From the NCBI GenBank assembly GCA_002104905.1, contig MCFE01000370.1, forward strand, positions 1-64,000: 64,000 nt of DNA, given 5' to 3'. The position numbers were made by a program, and so were the translations under genes. This DNA comes from Basidiobolus meristosporus CBS 931.73. Lineage: Eukaryota > Fungi > Basidiobolomycota. The notes below the pieces were generated by a model. That model was not told the origin of the DNA. It saw only the letters and a program-made list of their open reading frames with translations, and made no database searches. Shown piece by piece: positions 62,658 to 64,000 of the stretch (position 1 is the first letter of the stretch; every line of letters begins with the position of its first letter).

Positions 62658-64000
62658 CTACAACAGCCTTGATTTGCGCATCAAGTACCTGCGCTTCAGT
62701 TGGTTTGTTATGCGGTCAGGCTCGACGAAGGGATCCTTCAGCAGCTTCTGATACACCGCTGAGGCCTTTGCTACGTCGGAGCAATTGACGTATCCCTGAA
62801 TCAAACTGTTGTACGTTGTTGTGTTTGGCATCAGGTTGGAAGCCTCCATTTTCTGGACAGTTTCTTCTGCCTTCTCCATTTGCCCTGCTTTGGAATAGCC
62901 ATTGACCATGATGTTGTAGGAAACAACATCGGGATGGACTGCATCCTGGGCCATAAGTGCCCAGGCCTTCTCGAAGTGTTGGTTCCGCACAAGCCCTTTG
63001 AGCAAGGTGTTATATGTTATGATATTGGGGGATAGATTCCGCGCAATCATTTCTTTGTACTTGGAATCTAGCCATTCTGGGGATTCGTATTCAGCCCCGA
63101 AATTCAAAAGGGTGTTGTACGTGACCACATCTGGCTTCACCCCTTTGGCATCCATCTCCGAAATGCACTGGTGAAACTGGGCTGGGCTACCTTGTGTCCT
63201 GTGGTAATTCAGTAGTGCATTGTAGATAATCGTGCTTCCGACGTATTCCGAATCGCGCAGGGCTTTGCTCAGCTTGTCGACTAGGTCGGCCCTTTTACTT
63301 CTCAAGCAACCAGCCAGCACAGTTTCGTATGTGACCTGTGTCGGTTTTAAGCCTCGCTTGGCCATATCTTCGTAGTACGCCACTGCTTGGCTGATATCGT
63401 TTCGACTTGTGCAAAGCTGTATCAATACATTGTACGTCTTTGTGGTAGGGAGAATGCCTTTCCGTAGCATCTCGTCGAAATATCGACGCGCTTTGCCAAC
63501 CTGCCCGTTCTTACCATAGCCATCAATTAAGATTGTGTAGGTGATGGCGTTGGGCTCGATATTGATCTTTTGCATTTCATTATACACTTGCAGAACCTTT
63601 TCCATTCGGTGGAGCTTTGCGTAGGTATCCATCAAATTATTGTAGAGCATTAAATTGGCCGGGATTCCTCGAATCACTAACTCCTGTTGATGCAGCTGAA
63701 CCTCACCAAAGGTGCCAACTTGTTTGAGAACGGAAAAGAGAATGCAGTAGGTCACTCCGTTCAGCTGGACCCCCGAGGATTTCATATCCTTAAAAAGTGC
63801 CAGGGCTTTGGCAGGCTGTGTTTTGCCGAGTATATGGAAAACGCTATTGTAAACCGCTGTGGTAGGAGGCACGTTCAACTTTTTCATCTTGTCGAATAAC
63901 TGAAGGACGGAGGAAAGGTCGCCCAATTTTCCGAATAGGATGATCGCTTGGTTGAAGGTTCGTTGCTTTTGAAAGCCTGCTTCTTTGAGGTAAGCGAGGA
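62658..64000 (-). CDS. Pentatricopeptide-repeat protein (5' end outside the window)
   Basis: About 11 tandem PPR motifs, e.g. PTTAVYNSVFH, PNAITYTILIDGYGKNG, PDVVTYNTLL, PDVVSYNIMVNGYSKAGQMEKA. Confidence 0.95.
   Translation of the reverse strand, partial: LAYLKEAGFQKQRTFNQAIILFGKLGDLSSVLQLFDKMKKLNVPPTTAVYNSVFHILGKTQPAKALALFKDMKSSGVQLNGVTYCILFSVLKQVGTFGEVQLHQQELVIRGIPANLMLYNNLMDTYAKLHRMEKVLQVYNEMQKINIEPNAITYTILIDGYGKNGQVGKARRYFDEMLRKGILPTTKTYNVLIQLCTSRNDISQAVAYYEDMAKRGLKPTQVTYETVLAGCLRSKRADLVDKLSKALRDSEYVGSTIIYNALLNYHRTQGSPAQFHQCISEMDAKGVKPDVVTYNTLLNFGAEYESPEWLDSKYKEMIARNLSPNIITYNTLLKGLVRNQHFEKAWALMAQDAVHPDVVSYNIMVNGYSKAGQMEKAEETVQKMEASNLMPNTTTYNSLIQGYVNCSDVAKASAVYQKLLKDPFVEPDRITNQLKRRYLMRKSRLL

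Overview
Gene-dense eukaryotic DNA with about 36 protein-coding genes and mostly 50-70 nt spliceosomal introns with CTAAC-type branch points. Gene content and style point to an early-diverging fungus (Zoopagomycota/Mucoromycota-like; inference). I saw no tRNA, rRNA, CRISPR array or transposon. Most genes are housekeeping: UBC8, a P4-ATPase flippase, HIS6, MTC6, AIM41, MAK5, RPL4, PES1/NOP7, ISC1, importin alpha, a CDK1-like kinase, ureG, FHIP, LST8, PP5, SEC62, CNB1 and two PPR genes. Four things stand out. (1) A head-to-head pair of mitochondria-targeted LEA-like genes sits on a 799-bp, ~99% identical, indel-free inverted repeat around a unique 680-bp bidirectional promoter. Their 3' tails are old and diverged, which suggests gene conversion and a potentially invertible promoter. 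(2) An animal-type UHRF1 (UBL-PHD-SRA-RING) has an intact 5mC pocket but no tandem Tudor domain. (3) A DONSON homologue with two NPF motifs lies next to a variant CDK1 (GEGAYG/PTTAIRE). (4) An OSR1/Fray-like kinase carries four RFx[V/I/L] motifs in its own tail. Exon structures and mismatch counts were worked out by eye and need confirmation by RNA-seq and alignment.
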